Assembly: GCA_964106645.2 (NCBI GenBank)
Contig: OZ067054.1
DNA: 64,000 nucleotides
Source: Podarcis pityusensis
Taxonomy: Eukaryota
Strand: one strand, 5' to 3'
Positions within the stretch are counted from its first letter, which is position 1. Each line of letters begins with the position of its first letter. The notes below the pieces were generated by a model. That model did not search any database. It was not told the origin of the DNA and was given only the letters and a program-made list of their open reading frames with translations. A program made the translations under genes and the position numbers. Shown in pieces: positions 13,401 through 28,100 of the stretch.

Positions 13401-16400
13401 GCAAAGGCAGCCCACATCTCTCTACAGAAACTGGACAGGACTGGGGCCTCTAAGATGCAACAATCTGGAGAGAGGTAGGCTCAAGGATTGTACACACATT
13501 ACTGTATTGTCACATCCACTCCACAATAGTTGTGATTGAAAAGTACACCAACGTGATTCAGTTGTGTCACTTGTGCTTGCAAACAAGCTTGGTTCTTGCT
13601 GACCTCTAATGCATTCTCTCTACCTACTGCAACCCAGAAGTAAATGCAGCAATTACTTTTTATTGCTCAGCTACTTCTCATAGGAAAGTAACGTGCGTAC
13701 AGGCCCTAAGAATTTGGGCTTCAAGCCATGCTGTGTGGTTGCTGTGCTGGTCCTGCCCCGGGGCCACAGGGACAGTGGAAGTACCCTGAATACATGCTGG
13801 ATCTAACAAGTGGAAGTGAGCTCTTAGAGCTACCATGCGTGTCAGCTCACTCACAGCCATGTCAAGTTGGCTTTCCAATTTGAGTGGCTTTGAGCCAGGA
13901 GAAGAGAATAAGGCTGAAGGGCAGAGGAAGGCAGACCAGAACTATGGATCACATGTTCAGTCCACAACTTGTACAGCTTTGGGTTAGCTCCCTTGCTGTT
14001 TGTGCTTTTTGAAACTTCCACAGAAATCCAAAAGATTTACTATTAATCACAGAACATCTGAAGCACTAAGCAAGTGTCAACGGCTGAGACCACAGCAGAG
14101 TGTCCCCTGACCACTTGTCTTTTACTTCACTAATATTACTTGCCGCTGCCACAATGCCCACCTTTTAAAATGTCAAAATTCCAACAACTTAAGCAATCAG
14201 AATGCTAAACTTCACAAAACTGATTTGGTCTGTAGGCAATGGAAGGTTATTTCTTACAGGCAGTATTTTGCTTTTCACCTGAAGAATCCAGGGTGGATCA
14301 CCAATGCTAAATATCTGCCACTGTAGAGATGGCTAGCTTGCTTTCAGCTTTTAACACGCAGCTTTTCAACCAACAATCCTAGCCAAACAGTGTATGAAAA
14401 AGGCAGCTGAAACCAGAAAAACAATCCCTACCCTGCTTACACAACTGCAGAGCCTTCCATTTATTCCTGGTCAGGCCTTGGCTTTCCATTAGTAAGGAAG
14501 GGGAGATGCATAAAGGAATTCCCCATCCCAAGCTCAGTTCTCAATACATAAGCAGCAGTTAGTGATGTATCCACCATGGAAGTGGATGGCCTTTCAAAAT
14601 GGGGAAGGCATCTTGAAGCTGCAGAGGATTCTTCACCCAGCTCACTGTCTCCTACTACAAACCCCGTCCCACATTCAACCTGCCTTCAGCAGATAACCCA
14701 AAATCGTATGAAGAGGAAGCAAATAAGGTTAGAGCTATTTGGCACAGAAGTGTCCAAGACATACAGAAGCTAAACACATTTTTTAAGTGTTGGAAGAGTA
14801 ACTAAAATAATAGAAAACAAAGGGGTGTATGCAGGAGTGAAAAGTCCGAAGACCACAATTTGTTAAAAGATACTATGCAAATATCCAACTCAGATTTTTC
14901 ATATCAATAAGCAACTTCATAAAAGGTAACCACCACCAGAGCCCATGGAGGTATATATTGAGGTTGTTGGGAGAACAGCCAAGGAGTATGCATAAGCCAG
15001 GTACAAAGAAGGAAGACTTCTTTTGTCTTCAGCATTTCTTACACTTCAGCTGAAACCAGCTGTTTTCTCATCCCTCTACCCAATACATAGAACCAGTGCT
15101 TTTTTCTGGGGGGGTACGCAGGGGTACGCATACCCCCTAAACATTTTGTGAATCTTTGTACTTTTGTCCATTTACTGTATTTCCCCCAATTTGAACTATA
15201 AAATGGTGATTTTCTTGAGTCAAAATGAAAGTACCCCTAAACATCTTTTTAGAAGAAAAAAAAAAAAAAAACACTGCACAGAACCCAGAATCCAAATCAC
15301 AAACTGTCCTCACAAGCTCTTCCTCAGCCTGCTCTGAAGAACAGCTTTTTAGGATCAAGAGCCAACAGCAGCAAGGAGCTGAAGCTTCTTCCTTCCCTGG
15401 ACAAAGAAGCTCCTCTGATGACAAACCAGTTGGCATAAAAAGGGAGGAGAAAAGATGGAGAAAGGAATGTAAAATAATGAAAAAGGGTAGTTCAAATAAA
15501 CAAAATGAGTGGCCTACAAGCGCCACAGGCACCATGCTAACCGTTGTTGCTTGCTGCTGCCTCCGGGCCCTCTGACCCTCACGTACCATTTGTATAATGG
15601 CGTCAGCCTCAGCCTCCAGCTGCCGAACAGCGGCCTGGATGCTGCTAACTGAGCCCAGACCGGAAGTACCTGCAAAAAGAGGGGGAGAGAAAAAGAAGAA
15701 TGAGGGTTGGTTCCTACAGCTGAGCCTGTAAGATTTAACTCCCTACTCAAGCTTTGAACCGACCCCAAAAAACTGCAGTGGCCTATGGGCCTCTCAGGTC
15801 TTCTGTAGGTAAAGTATGACTGGTCTGAACCAGTATCAGGAGATCTCCCACCCATGCTCTAGCATCTACAAACAGGCCTTGTGCAGACAGAGCTTGCTCT
15901 CCTGCCTAACATACCTAGCCTGCCTGTCTGTTTTGCCTTTTTGTTGGCACGGCGTGTGTCATCCCGTAGTTGGATGATGACCTGCAACACCCTTAGGAAA
16001 AACTTCTGTGTGGAGGTCTTAGAAGTCAGCATGGACATTGAGGGTAGCTGGAGCTCGCGACCACCCAGAGGGCGCTTCTGTGATGCCACAATCACCACGT
16101 TCTCAGCAATGTCAAACCTAACAATTGAGGAAGAAGGTGGGGAAGAAAGTCAGAGAAGGCCACTCAAAAGACAAAGAGAAAGGCCAACTTGAAGGAGACT
16201 CACCTGCTCTGCATCTTGCCTTTCAATTTGGTGGTCTGAGGCTGTTCTTCAGGGAGCCCGTCTGGTGACAGGGACTCACACTGGGCTCGACGTTGCTGCT
16301 CCAAGTTGTATTCTCGCAGCTCCGCCAAGAGAGTACCTGGAAAGGGAGAGTAGAGAATTAGTGAGTCCTATTTAAGAAAATTGATCCCACCTCTCCACTA

Positions 16401-19400
16401 TAAAACTATACCCAACATGACAAACAATATCAAAACACATGATGGTAAAACCATTAAAATCCAGAAAACAAAGATTACGCATCCACAATTTAAAACAGTC
16501 AGCATAAAACCCGAGGCAATAAAAAATCCCTGCCTAAAAGGAATTGTGTTCACTAGGAAGTAGAAACTAAAAGGGCCAGTTGAATGTCCCAGTGAGAGAG
16601 CATTCTGCTACTGGGCTCTCACACATCCCAGCCAACCTAGAATAAGCCCACACTGAGACACAGAGGAAAGATCGTAGATGGTATGAATGGTCTTGGATGT
16701 GAGCCATTTAGGGCCTGATGCCAGGTTGGTTGGCATTTTGAATTGCACCCACAAACTTACTGGTAACCAGTGCAATTGTTCTAAAATAGGTAACATGCTT
16801 ACATAATTGTGTTCCTGTGAGCACCCTACAGCTGCTATTTTCTGGATCAACATGGGTGGTCATGTAAGAGTACAATTTAGGGCCCAGATTCAACTTATCT
16901 GGTGCGCTAGTGGAAGTCAGTTCAAGGGCTTCTACTTAGCACAAGGGGGATTCCCCGGCCATGCTTGCTACCTTGTTCAGAACTGACTGAAATCCCATAT
17001 TTGGTTTAATCACCCTGCCCTACCACCAGGAGCAGTTCTGTTATGCTATGGTGTGACTCTTTCTAGCAGAGACAGTTCCAAAAGAGACTATAGCTCATTC
17101 AAATGTGACAGCAAGGAAAACAGTCTTATGGGTTACTATCCTCTGTGAGGAGGTGTGCATTTAAATGTTACCTGTGCTTGGACATGTAAATCCCCAGACT
17201 ATCACACTGGTACATGAGAAGAGCACTGAAGCCCATTGTTTCTATGAGCTACTGGCTAATATTCCTAGCTTCACATTTCTGACTGTTCACTGTGGTACTC
17301 AGTGTTTGAGGCAGGGCAGGACCATTAACCAAGCCAGCTCCTCAAACTGGCACTTCTCCAGTCTCATCTCTCCTTACCTATCTGCTTGCAAAGAGTGTAG
17401 CCTAGTTGCCGGGCCCCATTAAGCAGAAGCTTGAGCACAGTGTCACGTGTGGCTGAGTCACCCCGTGACAGTTGCAAAAGAACGTTGGCAGCATCTTCCA
17501 AGCCTTCTTCAGAGCAGGAGTGAGATGTCAGCACCTGGAATGGAAGATGAGAAAGTCACTGTGCTGCTGACAGCTCAAAATGTTAATCCCTTCCTCTCCC
17601 CTCCCCATATTGTGTGTTGGCCACACCCACCACACTCACCTCCACAGACAGCTGTAGCTGGTTCTCCGTTAGGCCTGAGGCAGCCATTTTGCTGTCAGTT
17701 CCACCTCCACCTCCCACTTCGCCTACCTTGGCTGGCGATTTGCTGTTTTTTGGGATAGCTGCAGAGAACGACAAGATACAAGCTAGAACCAACTTGGGAT
17801 TTGACAATTAACCAGTGAGAGAATGACCAAGCAAACCACCAGCTATTTTTTGAAGTCTGGGTCTCCTTTGAGCACTTGCCTACCATCTACCTCCATCCCT
17901 ACACAGAAGTCACAGAGACACCCTCTCTCTATCAGGCTTCTATAAGTAGGCAATATCCTCCTTGATCACGGCTGTGTTCATATATGTGATAAGTTTGCAA
18001 ATACCAAGGTGGCAGTGGAAGCTACAATGTACAGAACCATTCCTGCCTGTCCCCAGAGAAGGAAGAGGCATGTAGTGGTGGCAGGTGATGCCCTACAGAT
18101 GCGGACAGCGGCAGCAGTGTGCAGAAGAATGACTCATGCTTTCAGTTGTCTCTACACAAATGCACAGAATATGGGAAACAAGCAAGAAGAACTTGAGCTC
18201 TTAATACAGAATGGCAACTATAATCTAATAGACATTACTGAAACCTGGTGGGATGAGGCTCATAATTTTAATGTAGAAATTGAGGGGTACAACCTGCTCA
18301 AAAGGAACAGATCAGTCAGGAAGAGAGGAGCACCAGCATTGTATGTAAGGGATGTGAACACTTGTAAATGGAAACTGGAGCAAGCTCGTTTTCTCCTACT
18401 CTGGAGGTAGGACCAAAACCAGAGGATTCAAGTTACAAGAAAGGAGATTCTGACTAAACATCAGGAAGAATGTTCTGACAGTAAAAGCTGTTTGGCACAG
18501 AGTGGAACAGACTCCCATAGGAGGTGGTGGACTCTTTCCTTGGAGGTTTTTAAGCAGAGACTGGATGGTCACCTGTCATATATGATCTAATTAATATTCC
18601 TAAATTGCAGGGGCTTGGAGTAGATGACCCTTGGGATCCCTTCCAACTCTATAATTCTATGAATTCAGCGACAGCACAGATTTAACAGTGTGCGATATTA
18701 AGAGCTTGCCTTGTTGAGAATCCCAGCTCTCTACAGTGGTGCCTCGCAAGACGAAAAGAATCCGTTCCGCGAGTCTCTTCGTCTTGCGGTTTTTTCGTCT
18801 TGTGAAGCAAGCCCATTAGAGGTTTAGCGGCTTAGCGCTACAGTATTAGCGGCTTAGCCGGCTTAAAGATCAGCTGATAAGCGGCTTAACGATCAGCTGA
18901 TAAATGGCTTAAAGATCAGCCGATAAGCGGCTTAACGATCAGCTGATAAGCGGCTTAGCATCAGCTGTTAAGCCGCTTAAAGATCAGTTGATAAGCGGCT
19001 TAGCATCAGCTGTTAAGCGGCTTAGCGATCAGCTGATAAGCGGCTTAGCCATCAGCTGATAAGCGGTTTAGCGGCTTGGGAAAAGGGGGGGGGGGAGGAA
19101 AAAAACCCCGCAGGAACTCGCAAGACATTTTCGTCTTGCGAAGCAAGCCCATAGGAAATTCGTTTTGCGAAGCACCTCCAAAACGGAAAACCCTTTCGTC
19201 TAGCGGGTTTTCCGTCTTGCGAGGCATTCGTCTTGCGGGGCACCACTGTATTTTGTTTCAACAATATTTTCCTTAGGGCTGCAATGATGGCTTGAAAGTG
19301 TGTGCAGCAATACCTACTGAAGTCTTAAAAGGTGGCTAAATAAGATTTCTAGCAACTGAGATAAATATTTGGGGTCCTTCATAGCTCCCTTCTCGTCTCC

Positions 19401-22112
19401 ATGGCCACCAAAACACAGAATTATGAAAAATAAATTAAATTAATGCAAATACACATACAGTCGTACCTTGGAAGTCGAACGGAATCCATTTCAGAAGTCC
19501 ATTCAACTTCCAAAACTTTCGGAAACCAAAGAGTAGCTTCTGATTGGCTGCAGGAAGCTCCTGAAGCCAATTGGAAGCCCCGTTGGACATTCAGCTTCCA
19601 AAAATAGTTCAAAAACCTGAAAAATCACTTCCAGGTTTGCAGCGTCTGGGAGCCAAAACGTCTGAGAACTAAGTTGTTTGAAAACCCAGGTATGACTGTA
19701 CAGGTCACAGAGTCTGGATTGCCTGGATGTAGAAATTTACATGTATTTTTCTCTTTAGACATGTCCTGCTCCACAACTCAAATGAAGAAAGAAAAAGGAA
19801 TGTGGAACAAGGAGAAGAAAAGTATCCTTTCCTCTTCTCGTCTCCGAGCACCCCTCCCCACAAAAAACCCCAATCAATAGAATACTTACTGGACACAGTG
19901 GTGGGGAGAGCAGATGTCACAGTTACCACGGCAGCACCAGAGGTGGCGATAGAAGCAGCAGTTGCGGCGGCAGCTGCAGCAGCTACAGCGGCGGCAGCAG
20001 CCAGGGCAGGGGCGGGAGCAGGTGCTGGGGTGGTAGTTGCAGTAGTAGCAGCAGCAGCATGGTTGGCTACCCCCTCAGCCGTGGTCTTGTTCTCAGGCAG
20101 AGCAATGGAGATGAGTGACAGCAGGCGCAGCAGCTTCTCTGTCAGCAGGGAGCTCCGTCTGATCACTGGATGGGACAGCATGTTCATGAGCTGACCCAGA
20201 GGAGAGGCTTCTAGACTGTAGGGAGAGCTCTCTCCCTCAGAGCCAGCACTCACAGGCACAGATTTGATGGAGTTCTTGCCCTTGCGGCTTACGTTCATAT
20301 TATCCAGTTTGACCAACAAGTCCCAGAAGTCAGTGGAGATGCCACTGGTGCCCATTTGACCTGGGCATGGGCTGCCCGATTGCTTGGTGCCCCTCTCCCG
20401 TTCACTTTCACAGGTGGTCTCTTTGGTCCGCTGCTGTGTGAAGTGGCTGGGGAACACCTGGAAGGGGGCACGGAGGAGAGAAGCAAGTCAAATCATGTTC
20501 TGGAATTCCTCATTGAAAAATGTGGCTTCCAGTTCTATAGGATTATTTATTACTCTGCCCACCGAATCAAGGTTCAACAACAGCACCCTCTCCAACCAGC
20601 ATCCCTAAAAAAACCCAACCACACACCCCTCACCTTCCAAGTCTACTGGCACACCTGGCTCTAGATAAACCTGAACAGTTCCAAGTAGATGCTCTCTAGA
20701 AAATGCCTACATAGATATATACAGCACTGCCAGTCGCAGCAAAGAACAAATTGTTCAGCAGCAGTTATGTCCTGGGAGAATAAGCTTAAATCACAGAGCA
20801 ACGACCCCTAGAGCCTTGCTCCAGGAAGACAGTCTCCACTCTGTAATTGGAAGGTGTCCCACATGGAATATCTACCTTGTGTACATAGTACACAATAGTA
20901 CAACTATGCCTTTGAAGCAGCATTAACACAAGCCTCCAACAACAGTTTTTCGCCAAAGCCAGTATTTGGAATCTCTATAGCTTCCTTCAAATTAGCAGAG
21001 TGAGAAAGGGGACCATGCAGAGCCGCTAGTGTGTGACAGACTCCTCAGGTTCCCAGTCAGCATTTGGCTGAGTGGCAACAATCTACAGAGCACCAAGTTC
21101 ACTTCTCTCCCCATGTATGTTTGCCCTTACTCCAGGTACAAGCGAGGGACTCACTGGATGGTTTGGGGCAACTCATGCACATAACCTTAGGACCCAAGTA
21201 ATTACTTATTCCCCAGGGTTGCTGCAAGACATAACTATTAACAGCTATATTAAAGAGCATATTCAGAGCTAATAAGATAGTAACAAGGTATTAGTCTTCA
21301 GATAGGAGGTGTTGGCCCCTCTGCCCACCAAAGGAGGATGAACCTTCCCTGGGAAATAAGCTGCTCCCCTAAGTTGAGAGCTATGCTCCTCCTTGTCACC
21401 AGTTCTGGTCCTTTGCTTCATGGGACATACAGCAGATAATCAGAAGCATCTTCCCTGTTCCATGGGTCAGAAAAACTTCCCAGATTTACAAATGCTGATC
21501 CCACCATATCATCACAATGAAAAACAATAAGAGGTGGAGCTCTTACAAAGTTCTGCTACCCTGAAACTGGCAGGACTAGAAGTGGGGAGGGACGAAGCAC
21601 AAAATTTAGTTACATTAGCAGTGCCCCTGAGGCAGGTGTAAGGAGAAACCCACTCCTGAATAACCATCATCACAGAAGAATTGGAAAAGTTATTAAAAAC
21701 TGCTCTGGAATCATTTGTTGACAAGATACTAAATTGTTTTAAATTAAAAAAAATGTAATTATTATTATTATGATTTAAAAAAAACTTGCACTTTTAAATT
21801 CACAGGTTTTCAGGATGCTTCATGCTAACAAAAGTAGGGCCCATGCTGTGTTCACATGATTTAGCAAGTCACACATGAGCAAGGAGATGCTGCAAGCCGT
21901 GGGCTCACGTGCTTCCCTGTCTTTCTTTCCTCCACTATCCGGAGGACCAGCAGTTCTTACCCTCACACCGGTTTTCCTAAATCTTGGCTTGTCAGGGCAT
22001 CCAGACCAGGGACTACTGTTTGCCCCAAATGCTGGTTAGTTCAAGCAAAACAGCTTGTTTTGAAACCAACCAGAGGTTGTGATAAGCAATCCCTGGTGTG
22101 GATGACACAACA

Positions 22113-22161
<49 letters not shown>

Positions 22162-25100
22162 TAGGAGGAAAAGGCTGTTCTTCTTGGCTGTGCAGGAAGA
22201 TGGGGGAATACATAAGCAAGAGGCTCACAGCAGCTCCTTTCTGCTCATGCAAGTCTCACTGATAATGGTTTAGCATGATGTGCAAACTAGCCCATGAAGA
22301 AGAAGTTTCCATGGCTATTATTTACTAATCTTATTTATTCTGAACAGCAAAGGAACCAAGAAGTTAACTTTTCTAGCTCCTTTTTAGCACAACTGGATGT
22401 TTCCTGGTACAGAATATGCTACGAATGCCTGCCCATTATTTTCCTTAATCCCTGCACACCAAGAGACCAGCTGATTAGCTGGCAGCAACTGCAGTGGCGA
22501 GAGGAACCAATTTCAAAACTTGTAAAAAACTTTTGTTAGCTGTTCTGAAGGTTTGTGGGTAGAAATGCAGCCTAGAAATACTAAAATAACTGCTCTCCCA
22601 TTTTTTAAATGATGACCCCTACACCTTTTGCAGCAAATTTGCACTTGTTTGTTTTAGGCGTTTTTATGCAATGGTAATTTTGTTAGCCACCTTGAACATG
22701 ATGATGGACAAACAGGATCTAAATCTACTAAATAACAACAACAATTACAGGGAGCTTAACTGCCTGCTTGCTCTCAGTTTGGAACTCACCCTAATATTTA
22801 GTCTAGAGAGCTACCTCCTTGTAATCTAAATCCTTAACTTTTTCTCTTAAGCTATGCAGACCAAGAAGTTCCAGACTTTCATCAGAATGACAGAACGCCC
22901 ATCGCATAAAAAAGAGCACCACTCTAGACAGCCCTTGTCTTCACCTTGGCAAGTTGGATGAGTGTGTCAAGTACATGGCGGCAGACCACAGGAGCAGCCT
23001 GGGGGTGAATATGAACAGTGGAACCGGCAGCAGCATGCTTCTCCGTGTGCTTACGCCCTCCTGCTCGCTGGATCTGGAATATGTTGGTTCGGCAACCCAA
23101 AGCAGCATCCATAGAGACGGAGAGCCAAGAAAGCTGCCCTGAGCTTTTGGATTCCATCTTGTGCAGAAGGTCGAGTGGCCGGCTGTCAGGGGCACAGGCC
23201 TTGGCTGCTCTTTTGCCTTTGTCATCTGGTGCAGCAGTCCCCTTAGGTGTCTCTACACAGAGTTCACTCTCACTGCTGCGCTGGAGGATAGAGAGCAGGC
23301 TCCGAATCACCCAGCTGCGTGTCTGTGCATGGTAGCAAAGGTTCCGCAGCACCCGATGTAGCCGGCTAGTGTTCAGCTTTGGCTCATCCACAAAAAGCAG
23401 CACCAGCAGGCAGGACAAGGCCTCATGGTCCAACAGAAGGCGTCCACGCAGGCGGAGCAGGCTGTCCACATTGCTGCCTGATGGCCTAGGAAACAACAAG
23501 ACAAATATCAGCACAGTCTACAATGGACTCTGAAAGCATAGCAGAGTTCTTTACAGCATCCAAGGTGAACAGCTCTCCCCTAGCAGTGTCTCATCTAAGT
23601 GAGGGTAGACAGTTTTTACCATGACATCTTGCAGCTGGTTCCTGTAAACCAGCACATCCTACTGGCCTCGCAACTCTGCCCACTTGCTTTCAAGTTGTTC
23701 CCTAAACTGATGCAGTGATCACCGAGCCCATCTTTCAGCTTACATAATGGGGCAGGGAGTGTTTTTTTTCAACCCAAGTATTATTTATTAAACATTTTTC
23801 CACCCTTCCTCCCAAAGGAATCCATGGCAGCCCTGCAAGAACTAGGGGTTATTGGGAAGGATTGATAATTGGAAGAAGCAAGATAATACCCCTGGTTTCC
23901 AGACTTTAAGGTTAACCTTAGGTACTATACAATTTGGGAAAGTTTTTATATTTCTAGTTTCCCCAAGCATACCCAACTTAACTAATAAGTTTTTCCCTAG
24001 GAATCCTAACCCTCAGCTTATTCCCTCCAAAGAAACTGCACTACCTTCCCCCATACGTCTAGTACAGTGTTAGAAACTGAGATATGAAAGCTAGGAGCTA
24101 AATGGCACCTTAAACTTAGCTTATGGGTGCAACAACAGAATGTCTAGGCACACGTATTTAAATAACAAGAATACAAGGCTGAAAATGAATGAACTGCAGC
24201 TAAAATATTATGTTCATTTTTCACATGGTCTAGTCCTTACCCTGCCCCCCCCCCATATATTCTTAAGAGGGTCTCTTCTCCAGTCTTCAGAGAATAGTTG
24301 GAAGTGAGGAGGCAGAAAAAGTCCTCCTTTCCTTCCACTCTGCAGTTTTAATCTGAAATGTTAGCCGCAGTACTGCGCCCAGAGCTCAGAAACTGCTCGC
24401 GCTAATGAAATTCCCTGTGCAAAATGTGCCTAGAACTATGGGAGTTTTGAACACTGATCTTGTACCTGCTGTGGCTGCTGCTACCACCCATCTGGAAGGT
24501 TCCTCCTCTTTGTACAGCCAAACGTGTATACTGGACACCTCTGTTTCCACTCAGTCGGCTTGTGAAGGCTGAGTTAGGGGAAAGAAAATAAGCAAAGCAA
24601 TCAGATCAGGAGTCGAGATATAGAGAACTAAAAACAGTAGTATGTCAGAAACAGATGCACTTTACCTGGGCTACGCAAAATGGCAGACAAGGCAGAGGTG
24701 CTGGAGTGGCCAAAGAGACGCTCGTGCATGAGCTGGCGCTGGCGCGCTTCTTGTTCACGCCGCAGAGCCTGTGCTTCAGCAGCAATGTCAGGAGGCATGA
24801 CTGCCAAAACACTGTCCTCCATATCCTCCAGCACACTGCGCCGCAGGTCTGATGGCAACGTCTGAATGAAAGTCACAGGGTCCATGGGAGTGTCTGAGCT
24901 TGTGCTCTGGGCCAGCTCCCGACGCTGCTGCTCTGCCCGTTGTTGTGCCAGCACCTGAGATGGGAGGGGGAAAGATAAAAATAACTTCTACTGTTAAGCA
25001 AGAACAGAGCAAAAATAAAAGACCCAACCAATCTCTCTAAAATGACTCTCCTCCTTCAACCACAAATTGTTCTCTCTCTTTCCGAGGTGATGGGGATGTG

Positions 25101-28100
25101 GGACAGAAACTGGGTTCTGTGACCACATGATGGGTGGAACTCCACAGCTGGAAGCCCCTTTTAGGGTGTGAAGTCTTGGTCATTATTAATTTAGTTCTGG
25201 AAATTTCACTATATTTCAAAGAAATACATATTTCACTGAATTACATCCCCCTTTTGTGGAATTTACCACAAGGCAATGAACTATGGATCATGCATGCAAT
25301 AAGGTGAGCCAAACACATCCACACAAATAACTTGCATACCTTGTCCTTATGCAATTTATAACTTAAGCGCAAAGAAGATAAATGCAACTGCCCAGATTTT
25401 CTTGTGACTTGTAGTTGGCAGTCCAGTAGATTTGTATTTACACCTACTTTCCTATTTTGACTTCCCTTTTTGTGTTTTGTTTGTATGTTACATGTTTTAA
25501 ACAATACAATTCAAGCAATGGAAAAATTCTATTTTTTATTTTTTTTAATTAAGGTCAGGAATCCTAAATTCAGAAAGTTTTGTTTTGTACAGTGCAGGGC
25601 CACAGGCTACATGAGTTTCCTTCAGATTTCATAGTTCTATTATACTTGTTCCTAAACTGTGTATTACCCCATAATCTTTAAAAGTGCCACCTTACCTCCT
25701 CTTGGATTGCTGGAGGCAGTGCAGCCAGGAACTCTGGACTGACTTCTGTCACACTAGGGTTTCCCACCACGGGCGGTGCTGGGGTAGCAGCAGTTGTGGT
25801 AGTCGGGACAGTACGAGCAGGAGGCCGGATACCCAACTGGTTCTGTAGCACTTCACGCCGGATGTCATCAGGCAGAGCGGCCAGAAAAGATGGGTCTACA
25901 CCTTCCGGAAGATTTATCCCTATGAAAAAGCATGTTAGAGGTAGCTGCTATCCCTACTAAGAAAAATGGCATTGACTTAGTACAGCTCCCTCTTTTTATG
26001 TCCTCTTCTAGTATTTACCTGCCAAGGGGTCTTCTTCCTCACTGCTGGTAGAAGGAAGAGGTTCTTCCAAGATGCCCCGAGAATCAGCACCGGAAATGGC
26101 CACCGCCGAATCTCTGGTGGAGGAGCTCTCAGAGGATGAGGCAGGTGGGGAGCTGAAGAGCAGGAAGTGACAGTATTAGCAAGTGCGGTGCTAATGATAA
26201 AATTGGCATATCACCCCCTTGCACCTCATCGCTGCTCCTTACCCATCATCCACCTGCTGGCTGGGATCTGACTGGCCCTCCCTGAGGGCCTGTGCATTGG
26301 AGCCCTGCTGGGCGGTGTCTGCCGTTGCTACAACAGTGGCTCCCCCTGCCTGGTCCACATTGCTAGGGCCACCAGCCTCTCCAACTCCTTCTTCGAGGTT
26401 GCAAGAGGCCAGGCTGCTGGTATCCATGGGTGAGCCCTCCAGCTGGCTGCTGACTGCTGTCAAGGCATCAGAGTCTTCAGCTCTCTCTGGAGAAAGCGAA
26501 GCTGGTGGGAAAGGAAAGAAAGGACTGAGAGGTAAGTCTGACAAACGTCTGTCAAACCTGAATTCTTATCATCAGATTCAGCCCAGAACATGGAAAGGAC
26601 AGAAACCTACCCATTGACCTCCTGGCTTTTAGACACCCTTCCTAAGAAGCATTGATAGAAGCACTGCCTGAAAACCTGATACACTGGATTCAAATTCTGC
26701 TGCCTATTATGACAGGGCTCTGGTTCCAATTCAGCAAGGAAACTTCTTGTTTTGGCTGTGATATACCCTTCACTACCACCTACTATAGAGTAACAGGCTT
26801 CAGAAATTGCCTGTGAAGACTGTCAAGTCAGAATACTGAGCTGAATTGATAGGTCTGATCCAGCACAGCATTTTTATTTTTAAAAATGAGAGATTCAAAA
26901 CGTGAGCTTAAACCTCAATAAAAAGCTACTTAACAAACAAACAAACAAACAAACAAACAAACAAACAAACAAACATCCAGCCAAATTTTGAAAGCTAGGA
27001 TCAAATCATTAGGTGGGTGAGTAGGCTTTTAGTTTCACTTTGCAAATTTTAGTTAATATGCAAGTATATGCACTTTTAAAAAATTGTTTTTATTAAAGAT
27101 TTTCTTGGGTTACAAAAGTACATACAGCATTTCTGCTTTCCGTTCATAAGACCCTTTCTACAGGTTATACTCAATGTGAGACACTTATGTTATAGACAGT
27201 ATAAGGCTGGGGGAGAAGAGAAGTGGGGAGAGCATACATGCAAGGTTTTTGTGTCAGCGTCACATGGCCAGGTTCTCTTTCTATTCATTTATTAGTTTTA
27301 ATTGGTGGTGAGGGAGGTTGGGGGCAGGGCATGGTTGGTTGCCTTCAGTTGGCTGCAGTGAGTTTTGTTTGCGTGTATAACGGGGAGTTGTTGTTAGGGT
27401 CAAGTTAGCCATATTGATTTATATGCTGCTGGTGGGTTCTTGTCTTGTTGGGCTGTGTATGTAATAAAGGGGAGCCACACTGGGGTGAAGGTGTCCTCTT
27501 TTATTTGCCCCTCTGTCAGTTTCAGTCTGTTGGCTAGCTTCTCTATGGGCTGTTTCCCATATGGTTTGGTACCACTGGTTCATGTTCTCTCCAGTGTCTA
27601 GTTATGATGCTCCTGGCCGCTGAGTAGCTAGGTGGCTGATGAAAATATATGCACTTTAAAACTATTGCTGCCTTCTCCTGAACATGTGGAAGATGGTAGG
27701 AATCAGAGTATGTTTATGCACGTACAAGTGACACACAGCCAGAAAGGGGGTAACATCTGCTGCAGGTTGAAGCCTGGGGCCACTTACTGATGGTGGGAGC
27801 AGGTGAAAGCTCCATCTGTGTGGCCTCAGCATCAGTGCTTGGCCTCCCAGGGCCTGAGTCCTCCTGTTCCACCGGCATCAGCAACTGCCCAGAACCCTGG
27901 GCATTGGACTGCCCCGCCAGCTCTGAAGGAAGCTCGCCTGCCCCTGTCACCTGCTGCTGTTGCTGTTGGGGGCTCTCCAGCGTGACCAGAGTCTGCTTGG
28001 GGCCAGCAGAGGCGTCTTCAGCTGCAGCTGGGACTGCAGGATAGCCATCAGGATGGGCAGCACCATCTGGGAGCCAAGAGAGGGAGGGAGGCTGTCTTAA

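Noticed and set aside
18845-19077. CRISPR-like repeat array
   Set aside because: Eukaryotic locus; units are contiguous with no unique spacers and lie inside a MITE.
21900-22030. Cryptic exon with donor GAGG|gtaaga
   Set aside because: No polypyrimidine tract or convincing acceptor upstream.
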